DNA of 64,000 bases from Amphiscolops sp. MND2022 (GCA_964187785.1 OZ076417.1:36022001-36086000), one strand, 5' to 3'. Counted from the stretch's first letter, positions 32,933 to 45,425 are shown. Notes: a model not told the origin generated them from the letters alone. Numbers and translations: made by a program.

Positions 32933-35830
32933 ACATGTACCTCCAAGACGCTCTGTCAAACATGTAATAGAAAACACAACTTTCTACTGCATCGTAAGCC
33001 CACTGAAGCTGTTTCGACCCACTTCACGGAAAGCGATGATGCAGCTGAACAGCAACTTCAATTTTCCGGACATCAACAAGCAAAAACTAGCTATGCATTT
33101 CTACTTCCTACTGCAAAAGTATCCATTCTCAATTCCGAATACAATCTTGTTCAATGTTGATCCCTTTTAGATAGTGGTTCTTGACTCAGTTTCATAACTG
33201 AAAGTTTGGGTACTGAACTCAATTTGGATAGAGATACTGTAGAGCTGAACTTGAGTGGCATCGATGGTAAGTCACGTGATATCATCTTTGTGTTTCTAAA
33301 GAAGATTCAACCACCACCAAACTAAGAGTAGTCTTTGATGGTTCCGCTAAAACATCAAATGGAGTTTCCTTGAATGAGAGCTTTATGGTTGGTCCAGTTG
33401 TGCAGAATGACTTATTCACCAATCTGAATCAAGCAAACTCCGTTTCAAGCCCATTGCGCTTTCAATGGACATTGCGAAAGTGTATCGTCAAGTTGCACTT
33501 GATGCCCCAGACAAAGACTTCCATCGATTTCTATCGCGGAACAAGAAGGATGACAAAATCAAACACATGAGACATAAACGAGTAACTTACGGAATTGCTT
33601 CTTTTGCGTTCCATTCAACTTTCTGCCTTAAGGAGGTTGCTCATCGGACCGAGAATTTAGCGGTTGCAGATGCGCTCAACAATTCTACGTCGATGACTTC
33701 CTGGGTGGTGCTGAGAGTTTGGAGGAAGCACGTAAATTGTTGAACGATTTATGCAATGATCTTTCTTCTTTCGGTTTCGAGCTTCGAAAGTGGACCTGCA
33801 GCCACCCTCAATTATCGATGGAGCTTCCTATCGATTTGCGAGAGTCATCCGACCCAGCTGGAACTTTTCTCGGTAGAGTACAAAATCAAAGCATTGGGTA
33901 TCTACTGGAAACCAAACCTTGACAAATTCGTTTTTTCAATTGCCTTGCTGCCTGTTGAACAGCTTACCAAAGAACTTTCCTTAGTGATTCGTCTAAAGTC
34001 TTCGATCCTATCGGCTGTATCGCACCAGTCATTCTCGACTCCAAGGATTGGCTTGGGACAACCTATTACCTTCAAATTGTCGACAAAAGGATAGAACTCC
34101 GCAGGGGATTGAATGATATTAAGAAACTTCAGATTCCTCGTTCTGTAATCCCCAGTGAGCAACATGTAAAGCAGTTACATGTTTTTGTGACACCTCGGCG
34201 AAAGGGTTAGCTGCAGCTGTGTATGTACGGACCGAGGACCTGGATAAAAACATTCAGGTCTCTTTTCTCACTGCCGAGACTAGGGTTGCGCCGGTAAAAC
34301 AACTGCCAATGTCCCGTTCAGAACTTTCCGCGGCGCAACTTGGTGCTATTTTGTTACGTACAATGAGCAAAATTCTGAACATTCAGGACATATACGCTCG
34401 GACTGACAACACTATAGTACTAAGTCGTGTTGCCAACATCCAAGAAGTACTGCCCCGCAATCATTGGGACCATGTGCCATCTGATGAAAACCCTGCTGAA
34501 ATAGCCTCAAGAGGAGCAACAGTTACCTAGTTAAAAGAAGATCAGCTTTATTGGAAAGGCCCACCTTGGCTTGCATTTGATAGAAAAACTTAGCTTAACT
34601 ACAGATCGAGCAATGTTGAAGCTCCCGAGAAGCGTGAGTCGAAAGTTATTTCAAATTTTACAAATTTTCCTCAGTTCATTGAGCTGGAACGTTTCTCTAG
34701 CTTGAAGAAACTAAGCAGAGTTTTCGCACTGATTCGAAGGTTCATGAACGCGCTACAGAATGACCGAAGAAACTTCAAGAACCTTTCAAAGCTGGTGACT
34801 TATCTAGTGCCAATTTCGATTTGGTTTCATTGGAACAGAAAAGATTTTTCACTGAAGAAATCAGTCTCTTGAACGATCAAAAGAAACTTCCGAGGTCTTA
34901 GAATCTTCGAAACCTCACGCTATTTTACGATCCCGAATTTGATGTTTTGAGAGTTGGAGGCCGAATGGGCAATTCGAAGTATAGTGAAATGAAAAAAATC
35001 TCCGAAGCAGTCGTCGCTTGTACTTTTGATTATTGGCCATTTCCGTGAAGATACTCTTGATGGTGGGGGCCTCTTAACACATGCTGCTACCAGCGAGCAT
35101 TACTTGATACTTGGTGCAAAACCACTTATCAACAAATACATCCGAACCTGTATCAAATGTGCACGTTATTCCATGAAGCCAGCATTTCAGCTAACGGCTG
35201 ATCTCCACGCTGAGCGAGTTATTCCATCTACCTACACAAGCCACAAAGGCTCTGAATGGGTGAAAATTCCCAGTAGAGCTCCACACTTTGGTGGTTTATG
35301 GGAAGCATCTGTGAAGGCTACGAAAAAAATATATTTACGCCGAGTTGTGGGACAGCAAGAATTCAGCAATGAGGACTTATTAACAGTTCTTCATTTCATT
35401 GAAGCCATTCTGAACTCAAGACCATTAACGCCATTGTCAAACGACCCCAACGATTTGGTTCCTCTAACTCCAGCACACTTCCTAATTGGTTGCTCATTTC
35501 ATCCGATGGTAACAGCTGATGCTCAAATGCCGCTGAATACTAGATACATCTACAACAAATCCAGAAAGACTTTTGGCAACAAGGAAACGCGACTACCTAG
35601 TGACCCTTCAAGTGAGGAAGAAATGGTTCAGCAATTGTCCAGAAATGAATCACGATTACCTGGTGCTTGTAGTCAAAGACAATCTGCAACCATTTTAGTG
35701 GAAACTGGCCGAGTAATCGCGTTATAACCTGGAAATGACAGCGTTACACCAGTTGTTAAACTGAAATCATCAGGAGAATTGATAATACCAGTCATAAAAT
35801 AGAGAAACCTCTTGATCCTTGTGTACTTAA
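31790..35830 (+). mobile_element. Degenerate BEL/Pao retrotransposon, gag-pol remnant
   Basis: Gag as in the first copy; protease LDSGS (~33170); RT DIAKVYRQV, RVTYG, FYVDDF (~33682); RNase H TRVAPVKQL, ENPAEIASRG; integrase APHFGGLWEASVK, LNSRPLTP..LTPAHFLIG. Many stops and frameshifts; no LTR pair identified. Confidence 0.9.
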
Positions 35831-36059
35831 CAGGAATTGCAATTTCAAAAGCAATTAATTGCATGCACATACATTAATTGCGACTTTGAGGCATGCAATT
35901 TCAATTAGCAATTATCGAAGACACTGAGGGCAATTAACAATTACCAATTAGTGCGAAAATTTGTGCAACTTTGCAATTTTCCCAGTTGTTCCTCAAAGAA
36001 AGCAATTTTGGCTTGAATTACAACAAAATGTTTTAAAAAATTTTCATAATTACCTCACT

Positions 36060-36640
36060 TCAACTTAAATGGAAATTGAATTTTGAATTAGACGTTAAAT
36101 GCAACAAGATGGAATAGTTTTTTGGACATTCTTGTGCGCTTTTTACATTTGCGAACTCATCTCAATGATATTGATGTCGAAGGTGACCTTGAAAGGTCTA
36201 ATTTGGAGGCGCTGCAGAAGTTAGTCAATGTTTTACAACCGCCTAAAGACATAACACTGGAGTTGCAAAAGAAATCCGCTAATGTCAAAACGGCTGTTGA
36301 TGCATTTAATTATCTGAGAATCGTAGCAACGAGAGAAGCAACGCTGCAGCATGCCTATAAAAAGATGTTCTCAGCAAATGGATAGATGGAAACAGTGAAG
36401 TGGAAGGTCTAATTTAGTCCAGAGGAGTTTTATGACTTTATTGTTTCTAAGATGCAGCGCAATGAACATGCTGTTATATTTGATCATGCATACAATCCAC
36501 TGAGGGTCATCTCTTTTGAATTTTAGACCAGCGAGTGTTGAGCCCGAGAGGCTTTTTTCTCATGGAAGGCTGACAAAAAATTATCAGCAAAACCGTCTAA
36601 CGCCTGAAAATCTTTCGCGAAACGTGTTTATCAAGAAAAA
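36060..36640 (+). mobile_element. hAT transposase remnant, C-terminal part
   Basis: TRWNS at 36104-36118, LQKLVNVLQP, and dimerisation-domain signature PASVEPERLFS..NRLTPENL. Confidence 0.8.
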
Positions 36641-36644
36641 CAGG

Positions 36645-37185
36645 GAACAGGAAGTTTCGGCAAAGTTGTTTCGGCAAAAAAACTCCAGACGTTTCGACAA
36701 TTTTTTTATGCGGAAACGTCCCGTATTATCTTGGTCCCGTATTATTTTGGTTTTGTTTTTGTTTTTCTACAAACTGGTTTAGTCCAGTTTGTAGAATACC
36801 AGTTTGTAGAATTCTGGAATTGAAGAAAAACGATAAGAACATCAATGTCGGAATTATGGAAAGCATAAAACGTGCCTCGGATATGTCCCCATTTCCTCTA
36901 GTGCCCCGCGGCCCCTTGGGGCCGCTCATATTCCCATTTTGCTAAGCGAGGTCGAACAGGAGCAAAGGCCTAGCGGGAACGGAGACCGCGAAGCGATCGT
37001 AGTGGGAGCTGGTTTTTGCGACGGTGAGGGTGAGCGTGCAAACACCGGATATGCACCACCTATCATACGAAACGTTTCGGCAAATGTTTTTAGCCTGAGA
37101 CGTTGCGGCAATTTTTTTTGCCGAAACATCCGCCGCCATGTTTTTGCCGAAACGTCTTTTGCCGAAACGTCCGGAATCCGAAAAA
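36645..37185. mobile_element. Non-autonomous element with TTTCGGCAAA/TTGCCGAAA subterminal repeats around a GC-rich core
   Basis: Repeats point inward from both ends. The core (GCCCCGCGGCCCC..GCGAAGCGATCGTAG..CACCGGATATG, ~36865-37060) recurs at 40700-40802 plus 42698-42760 and at 43130-43280. Confidence 0.55.
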
Positions 37186-37406
37186 GCTACACCTGTTGGA
37201 GTAACAGAAAGTTCTGTTTCACACTTGCCCGCAAATAGAGCTTCATTTTAGAATTTATTTATATATAATGTTAGAATATTGCAGTGCTTTCTTTCAAAGC
37301 GTTTTTTCACACTGAGTGTAATTTATGTTTTTTCTTTCTAGTTTTGTTGCCAATACGACATATCTCACAAGCTGCTCTTTTACCAGATTCATTGTCAAAT
37401 TCTGAT

Positions 37407-39329
37407 ATTCTGATAGATCTTAGGAAACGATTGCAATTGCAATTATTAACATATAAAATTGTGCAATTGCAATTAGCAATTATTTCTTGCTCTGCAATTT
37501 CAATTATCGCATTTTGCAATTAATTGCAATCCCTGGTATTTAATTCCAAATTTGATATAATTCAAAGGATTTTTCGAAGGATATCTTTCATTTTTTATGT
37601 TTTCATTTCTAAAATGGGTTTGGAACAATTTGCCGAAACCCAATTTGCCGAACGTAAAGGACAATTTGCCGAAAATTGTTCGACAAATTGTCCATGAGTC
37701 ATTTTTCGGCAAATTGTCCCGTATCCTCTAAAATGTGTTCATGTATTATTTTACTTTTGTAGAATTGTTGTTTTCGTGAAAACATACTGTCGCATATATT
37801 ATTCTGACTAAATTTCAAAATGATTCCCCAAACAAGTGGAAAGATTTATCGAATTCGTTTGCAGACCACGAGTTGTGCAATTTGAAACAACATCAAGTGA
37901 AATACTTTTGAAGAAATGTGTTTTTGTACTTTGTATAATTATAAAGCTTGAAAGCGCTCCTCAGCTCATGAAAACCTGGACCGTCTTTTCCCCCTACTTC
38001 TTCCCCGCGAACCCGGCTGTCTTATCGCACGCCTCACTCCTTGAGGCTGATATTGCGCACCCAGGCGCTGAACGCGCTCTTCATTGGCCTCCTCGACCTT
38101 CATTGTGGTTGTCATCAAAGCCGCTGGCCCTGGTCCCGTCAATACACAGTGTGCGGTCAAGGAGGAAAACAGGACATCACCGGGCTTCTGGATGCAGTAC
38201 GCTATATGTTCCCGGAATTGCAGCAAGTCATCCCGGAGCGTACTAGGCAGGGAACGAAGCCTTTCCAACGGAGGCACGATGCGTTTCCTGCAGAGGGTCT
38301 TCACCTCGCGTGTGCGAGTGGTGGAGAACCACAACTTCCTCCCCCTATTCTGATAGATCTTAGGAAACGATTGGAATTGCAATTATTAACATATGAAATT
38401 GTGCAATTGCAATTAGCAATTATTTTTTGCTCCTCTGCAATTTCATTCATCGCATTTTGCAATTAATTGCAATCCTTGGTATTTAATTCCAAATATGATG
38501 TAATTTAAAGGATCGTGTATGTTTATACTTATTCTTGTTGTGATGTGTTCAAACGATATCCTTCATTTTTTATGTTTTCATTTCTAAAATGGGTTTGGAA
38601 CAATTTGCCGAAACCCAATTTGCCGAACGTAAAGGACAATTTGCCGAAAATTATTCAATAAATTGTCCCTGAATCATTTTTCGGCAAATTGTCCCGTATC
38701 CTCTAAAATGTGTTCATGTATTATTTTACCGCACTGACTTTTGTAGAATTGTTTTTCTCGTGAAAACATACTGTCGCATATATTATTCTGACTAAATTTC
38801 AAAATGATTCCCCAAACAAGTGGAAAGATTTATCGAATTCGTTTGCAGACCACGAGTTGTGCAATTTGAAACAACATCAAGTGAAATACTTTTGAAGAAA
38901 TGTGTTTTTGTACTTTGTATAATTATAAAGCTTGAAAGCGCTCCTCAGCTCATGAAAACCTGGACCGTCTTTTCCCCCTACTTCTTCCCCGCGAACCCGG
39001 CTGTCTTATCGCACGCCTCACTCCTTGAGGCTGATATTGCGCACCCAGGCGCTGAACGCGCTCTTCATTGGCCTCCTCGACCTTCATTGTGGTTGTCATC
39101 AAAGCCGCTGGCCCTGGTCCCGTCAATACACAGTGTGCGGTCAAGGAGGAAAACAGGACATCACCGGGCTCCTGGATGCAGTACGCTATATGTTCCCGGA
39201 ATTGCAGCAAGTCATCCCGGAGCGTACTAGGCAGGGAACGAAGCCTTTCCAACGGAGGCACGATGCGTTTCCTGCAGAGGGTCTTCACCTCGCGTGTGCG
39301 AGTGGTGGAGAACCACAACTTCCTCCCCC
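37407..39329. repeat. ~0.95-kb tandem duplication
   Basis: TATTCTGATAGATCTTAGGAAACGATTG at ~37407 and 38346; ORFs 37836..38246 and 38820..39230 are near-identical (offset 984). Confidence 0.92.
37618..37726. repeat. ~100-bp MITE-like element (second copy at ~38592-38700)
   Basis: Inverted ends GG(A/G)ACAATTTGCCGAAA / TTTCGGCAAATTGTCCC with internal CAATTTGCCGAA repeats. Confidence 0.65.
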
Positions 39330-39790
39330 TTTCCAGCTGTCTGACAATGCTTCCTCCCGGGTTGGAGTCTATGTGCCAACCACTCCATGCCCAACCACCA
39401 CTTGCAATGAGTGAGACGTGCTCGATGGAGTGCCCGCCAATACCTTGGACAACCTCCACATACTACTCTCCTAGCGGGTCTGGGTATAGGGCCTCATTTC
39501 GCCAGGGAGCCTCTGGAAGACCTTCGGAAGCAGCGTCCTTTATCCGTGTGACCTTGAACTACGGAAACAAACAGCGACCCTCCTCGCTGCTCCGTTGGTG
39601 TAACCCAGCACAGGATTGCCACGTATAATATTGGGGATGTTCTGTTTCCTCAAGAAATCCGTTATGCCCCCCTCCCTCACCCGAGTCAAAGGAAGCCTCC
39701 CCGACTCTAACACCATTGTCAGGCTTAATGCAGCCTCAAGCTCATTCATCTCTAAATTAGCAAGCTTTACTCTTTCTTCATGTAAATTTG
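38950..39790 (-). pseudogene. Intronless JmjC (2OG-Fe(II) oxygenase) domain pseudogene; 3' part duplicated at 37966-38345
   Basis: WSGWHIDSNPGG..LERGRKLW..CIQEPGDVLF..AHCV carries the HxD..H triad of JmjC domains. In-frame TAG just upstream of 39459 and a frameshift near 39550. Confidence 0.7.
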
Positions 39791-40802
39791 TAGTTGAAAC
39801 TGTGATTTATAACTTTTAGTTGAAAGCGAATTTTTGAGTTCATACAAGCTCACTATGACGACGCGCTGAATGCTACCTTTGTTTGATTGACCTTTCCCAA
39901 CCCCATTCATTCTCATTGTTTTTGCTGAATACATGTTTTACGTTGCCTATTTGTTGTATAGACCGAATTGAACAAGGTGCTTTGCCAATGAATGCAATAT
40001 TTTTGTTAGCCAATAAGCGTGCAGTTACATAACTCCAATTGCATCATACTGTATAATTCGTGTCCATTGACTGGTACATGAATTCTAAACATTGTGCTTC
40101 ATTGTCAAAACCTCACCCACCATGATGAGAGCCGTGAACTGTCTTGAACTGCAAAAACGTGCAAAACGCAAAAATCTTTTTGTTTAATAAAGCTTTAAAG
40201 CTTCAACACAGTTTTGTTCGATTCTCTTCAGCAAAATTCATAGTCTTACTTCCTGATAGTGGTCAGGTGGTCCGCCATTCAAGAACCAAGGGCGAGACTA
40301 CTTCGCAAGCTACAAGCAAATCATTCTCGCAAACAACAGAGGGACATCGGCGTGAACACATACAATAAAGTCAACCTCTCTCTCAAAAGTTTTGCTATCT
40401 AGCTATAGCACCCAGTTCAGAGGGTAAGGGTGGGCGGAAAGAGGTCGAAGGAACGGGATCGAAAATCAGAGTTAGTCCTCAGGTCGACATACCAACTTTT
40501 TGAATGAGATCGAAACAACTCGGATCGAAATTTTTATAACGTATTCAGATATGTTCACATACCCTTAGTGAGGGCACGGTAATAAGTTCGAACGCATAAG
40601 TTCGATATTTAATTTCGAATGGACTAAGTTCGAATTTTCCAAAAACCGGAACAATTTCGAATCGCTGTGTTCGAATTTTGAACAAACCGCTGTAAGAATA
40701 AAACGTGCCTCTGATATTTCCCCAATTCATCTAGTGCCCCGCGGCCCCAGCGAGGTCGAGCAGGAGCAAAGTGCTGGCGGGAACGGAGATCGCGAAGCGA
40801 TC

Positions 40803-42697
40803 TGGAGGGTGGAATAAGATCTAAAGAATAAGATCTAATGGAATAAGATCTAAAATTTTAACATGCTCATTTTCACACTAGTGGAATAAGATCTAAATTG
40901 GATTAAGATCTAATGGAATAAGATCTAAAATCTTATTCCACCCTCCCAATGTTCACGATCTATTTTTTCCTGGATAATTGTCAAAGGTGTAATTTTCCCG
41001 AGTATTCCAGGTTGTGATGTCAAATTTTGAAAAAATAGAAGGAAAAAGAAAAGGTTCCATCAATTACGTACATCAAGGATTCATTTATACGAAAAATAAC
41101 GCGGATTCCATTAAAACGAGGTTAAGATGCCATCGATGGCGAGATGGATGCAAAGGCACAGCCTTTATTCAAGAAAACACTTTTCACGTGAATATTAATT
41201 GCAGTCATGAGCCTGAAATGTCGGAAGTTAAAAAAAGAAAAGTCGAAAGTGAAATCAAAAACGCTGCAGGAAGTACCTGTACACCACTCCGCCAAATATA
41301 CGATAAGCTTATCACCAAAAATTCCAACATTCAACCTTTTGTGAAACTCAAATGGGCTATGGGCAAGCGAAGAAAATTAAATTTACCAGCGACACCGACC
41401 ACCGCTGAAACTTTCAAAAGTGCCCTGAAAGAGAGAGCCGGCACAATTGCACCGTATTTCAGGGAAATGTCTAAAGTTGCTGATGAGTTTTTCCTTTTGT
41501 TTTTTGGAGATGTGACAAGTGAGCAAATGAAAACGGTGTCCGTCATTCACGCCGATGCTACATTCAAAGTTGTGCCAAAAAAATTTTATCAACTGTTGAT
41601 AATACATTGTGTTTTTTCTGACGTCCTAATTCCAGTATTTTACGCCCTGATGACTTCCAAGTCAAGAGTCCTTTATGATGCTTTGTTTCTCTGTATACGC
41701 AACTTTTTTCCGAGTTTTAAACCAGCTAAATGCGTTGTTGACTTCGAAACCGCGCTCTATTCGTCGATCCAATTCAATTTTGAATCTCAAATGCAAGGTT
41801 GTTTATTTCATTATCGTCAAGCTTTGTGGAGGAAATGGTCGAGGCTTGGCATTGATAAAGATGGAGAATTAATAAAATGGCTGAAAAAGTTGATGGCACT
41901 GCCTCTCCTTCCTGAAGAAAATGGGCTAGGAACCCGCAAAAGGAAAGCTAAATTTTCTAAAGCTGTAGACAGCGCAATAAAAGATGCTGAAGAAAAACTC
42001 CAAAATGATCGAATAAAAACCTCGGAGTTCCTGGTTCGAGTCGCTGGTTCGACTGAAAGGTCTTTCAAGAAAATGGAATTTCAGAAGGAGTTTGAAGAAG
42101 AAGAAGAAAACAATCCTCCTGACGATGAGGATGATGATAATAATAGTGATCTTCTGTGCGAGGAAGATGATGAGGAAGATTATGATTTGTGCTCAGGCTG
42201 CGATGAAAAGCCCATTTCTCACCTCGTGCAACCTTGCGGTCACATGCTATGTGTAAACTGTGTCAAGAAAAAGAAGTGCCAATTATGCGGCTCTCAAATT
42301 TTCAATAACGTTACCATCGATTTTGAAGATTTGTCATAACTTTCCTCGCGAATTCTTGGTCATTTTATAATTTTGTCAATTTGATCTTGTGATTTGATTT
42401 TGTGCAAATATTGTATTTAAGCAATTCATGTGAATTGATCGTTAATCCAACCTAATTTCACAAAAATGATTTTGGCCACACTTTTCTTATTGAATTTGAG
42501 TTTTTGAGACGTAACGTACTCCATATGGGTTTATTAGATCTTATTCTTTTAGATCTTGTTCCATTAGATCTTATTCCTTTAGATCTCATTCCATTAGATC
42601 TTATTCTCGAGTTGATTTCCTTTAGACCTTATTCCATTAGATCTTAATCCAATTTGGTGATTAGATCTTATTCCATTAGATCTTATTCCGGCCTCCC
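40803..42697 (+). mobile_element. Mutator-like (Phantom-like) DNA transposon, 1895 bp
   Basis: 9-bp TSD GAAGCGATC (40794-40802, 42698-42706); ends GGAGG(GT/CC)GGAATAAGATCTAA inverted, with a terminal-base mismatch; arrays of 14-15-bp GGAATAAGATCTAA subterminal repeats. An empty target is seen in the repeat copy at ~36990. Confidence 0.88.
41017..42339 (+). CDS. FLYWCH + MULE transposase (internally deleted) + C-terminal RING finger, 440 aa
   Basis: GFIYTKN..LRCHRWRDGCKG..CSH (FLYWCH-like); HADATF, VVDFE and GCLFHY (MULE D, D and CxxH); no RTNNxxE-type third catalytic motif; CSGC..PCGHMLCVNC..KCQLC (C3HC4 RING). Confidence 0.85.
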   Translation: MSNFEKIEGKRKGSINYVHQGFIYTKNNADSIKTRLRCHRWRDGCKGTAFIQENTFHVNINCSHEPEMSEVKKRKVESEIKNAAGSTCTPLRQIYDKLITKNSNIQPFVKLKWAMGKRRKLNLPATPTTAETFKSALKERAGTIAPYFREMSKVADEFFLLFFGDVTSEQMKTVSVIHADATFKVVPKKFYQLLIIHCVFSDVLIPVFYALMTSKSRVLYDALFLCIRNFFPSFKPAKCVVDFETALYSSIQFNFESQMQGCLFHYRQALWRKWSRLGIDKDGELIKWLKKLMALPLLPEENGLGTRKRKAKFSKAVDSAIKDAEEKLQNDRIKTSEFLVRVAGSTERSFKKMEFQKEFEEEEENNPPDDEDDDNNSDLLCEEDDEEDYDLCSGCDEKPISHLVQPCGHMLCVNCVKKKKCQLCGSQIFNNVTIDFEDLS

Positions 42698-43342
42698 GAA
42701 GCGATCGTAGTGGGAGCTGGTCTTTGTGACGGTGAGGGCGAGCGTGCATACACCGGATTTGCCCCACAGCAGAAAGGGAAAGTACCGAATTTTTTCTGAG
42801 ACATTTACGAAAGGTAATATTTTATTCTTGACACACCGGATATGCCCGATATGAAAACTCGAACTTGGTGTCTCGAAACTATTCCTATTCGAACTTATTC
42901 CACTAGTTCACATTCGAACTTAGTAAATCGAACTTATTTCCCGAAGCCCCTTAGTGCCCTGAATGCAGGAGCGAAGAGAAGCGGAGCGACGTGCCATATG
43001 GCCATGCCTCAATGTTGCTACTTGGCGAAGGGAGCGAAGCGACCGAGCCATACAACAAATACGATAAAATTCGATCGCATTCCATTCGATCCCTGCAAAA
43101 AAGGCTAAATTTCCTCTAAAGTCCCTATTTCCTCTGGTGCCCTGCGGCCCCTTGGGGCCGCTTATATTCCCATCTTGCTCAGCGAGGTCGAACAGGAGCA
43201 AAGACCTAGCGGGAGCGATCGTAGCGGGAGCTGTCTTTGCGACGGTGAGGGCGAGCGTGCATACACCGCATATGCCCCACATTATGATATTTCCGGGAGT
43301 TGACATATTCCTTGATTTGGAATGGAGTTGGCTTAATTTTGT

Positions 43343-43417
43343 GGTCACTTGGCTTAAAATTTTTAAGCCAAATGACTCGACGAAAAAAATAAGCCAAATG
43401 GTATTAAGCCAAGTGAC
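43343..43417. repeat. Short MITE-like palindrome
   Basis: 14-bp inverted repeat GTCACTTGGCTTAA / TTAAGCCAAGTGAC with internal AAGCCAA repeats. Confidence 0.55.
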
Positions 43418-44164
43418 GTAACCGTTTAGAGCAACTGCCCAAGCAGCAGAAATTCAACAGTTGGTTTTTTTGTTGCTACTGGAATAGTGCTGGTATGGGG
43501 TTTCCTTTCGTTACAGACCACGGGTGTGTTTCTTCCCCCAAAGTGATGAAACACATGGCACTTCATTGATACGAAGATCCATGATATCTGATTGCATTTT
43601 TTCTCATACTGGTGTTTCAAGGGGAAAAGTTCTTCGGAGTGATTTTGGCCATTTTCGAGGATGCGTTGAAGTCAACGATTCTGTAGTTAGAATGTTGGCC
43701 TAAAGCTGATTTTTTTTCCGTTTTTTTAAATGGAACTTTATGACATGAGTCCTTTTTTTTAAAAAAAAATTGCTTCCCGCATAGTCTTGAGCCTTTTATT
43801 ATTGAATGGATTATTTTGAGCTTTGGGCGAACGGAGAAACGAATTTGCAAAAAATACATTTCCAATTGACAAGCCCCTGGCTAGCTCTGAGTTCTTTTGG
43901 CAAGTCATCAAATATCCAGAGAACGGGTCCGTTTGTTGTCTCCAAAAGCTATTTGTCTATGGTGAACTTATCTTGACTGGTAAACTGCAAAAATAACATT
44001 TCACTACGTTTTTCTAACCTTTTGTCGTTTTCTCGACAACTAGTTCGATAGTTCCTCAAGATACCCTGTTGTAAGTTCTGACAAGTCGCAGTGAAATATT
44101 TTTGGCCAATTTTCCTGAGTTGTCTTTTTGTTTTTAAAGAGTTTCTACTTTTTCAGTCGTAATA

Positions 44165-45425
44165 ATGGTGAAGCAAGAGACTTGCACTTTCAGTCAATTG
44201 AAAATACCGGCTGGCAAGGGTAAGAAGTACGCGAGGACTGATGGAAAAATTGCCTTCTTCCTGTCCAAAAAGTGTGAAACTCATTTCAAAGCGAAAAGGA
44301 ATCCGCGAACATTCCGCTGGGGTGCGGTTTTCCGAAAAAAGCGAGAAAAGCAACAAGGTGCTGCAAAGAAGGCCAAGAAAATAGTTGTGAAATCAACTGC
44401 TTTGACCAGAGGTATTGCGGGCATCACCATGGACGAACTGTTGAAAAAGAGAAACGAAAAACCAGAGGTAATTGAAGTTTTTCAAGAATAAATCCTGGTT
44501 TTGTCCATCAATGCTAACCACTCCAAGGTAAAACGTAACTAAGCTAGCGATTCAGTAAGTTCAATTCAAATTGAACCTGCTAGATGAATCAGCTATTCTT
44601 TCCAGCGTTGTTGATAAAATTCTACACTGGGCAATGATTTTTGATGGTACCTTCTAAAACCACCTTTTTTAAAGAATTTACAGCGAATATTAGAGCCCTT
44701 GTTGAAAAGGGAAGTGTTGGTAGGGTGAAAGGGTCAGATACGCTGTAATCTGCATAGTCTCATTACAGTTTCAGTGATAATGGCAATAATAGAGATTTGA
44801 GAATATTGACAAGTGGAAAAAATTATAAAATGCAGCACATGTATATTTTTAGCGTTTTTCTGACAACGAATGTTTTGCTGCTCGGCCTTTTTTTTCAAAT
44901 AGAACTAACAATGTGGGATCAGGACGGATCAACGTCTCTGAACAGTCACGATTGAAATTGGACAACTTTGGAATTGTGATTTCTATACAAAGCAAGGGCG
45001 TATTGCAACTGTGAAATGAGAAATGTTTCATGTGCCCAAAATAGAGAGGTCGTGTCGGTAAAGAGTTTTCTGGCGCCCTTGCGTTGCAAGCTGACAAGTC
45101 TCCTCGCAGTGTCAGAAACGGGCCCAAAAATTAAGTGGCTAGAAATGTCAATTAGGTCATCCTATCACGTCTCATTCATCATCAGAAATGGTCTGATGAA
45201 AATTAAGGATTGTTGATCTTAAGTAGCACTCGACTTTGTTTTTAGGTGAGAAAAGCCAAGCAAGAGGCGGCCATCCGAGCCGTGAAGGCCAAAAAACGAG
45301 AGGTTTCGGAGAAAAAGAAGGCTGAAAAGGCAGCTCAGGTAAAGGCCACACAAGCAGCAAAACCAAAGAAGCAACAGAAGATCAAAAATCCCCAGAAACC
45401 CAAACAACAGGGCAAGAGCCGATGA
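44165..45425 (+). CDS. RPL24: 60S ribosomal protein L24 (eL24), 2 exons, 160 aa
   Basis: Exons 44165-44467 and 45246-45425 with a phase-0 GT-AG intron; YARTDGK, KCE, KRNPR, KRNEKPE|VRKA..EAAIRA motifs. Confidence 0.95.

Larger units (their letters stand above)
40423..43423. mobile_element. 3.0-kb composite insertion with 8-bp target duplication
   Basis: GTTCAGAG (40415-40422) / GTTTAGAG (43424-43431). An uninterrupted copy of the joined flanks lies at 29013-29103. Ends are GGT..ACC. Confidence 0.55.

Noticed and set aside
44468-45245. Intronic snoRNA in the RPL24 intron
   Set aside because: A small hairpin (CTGTAAT/ATTACAG) is present, but no convincing C/D or H/ACA box set; a covariance-model search would be needed.
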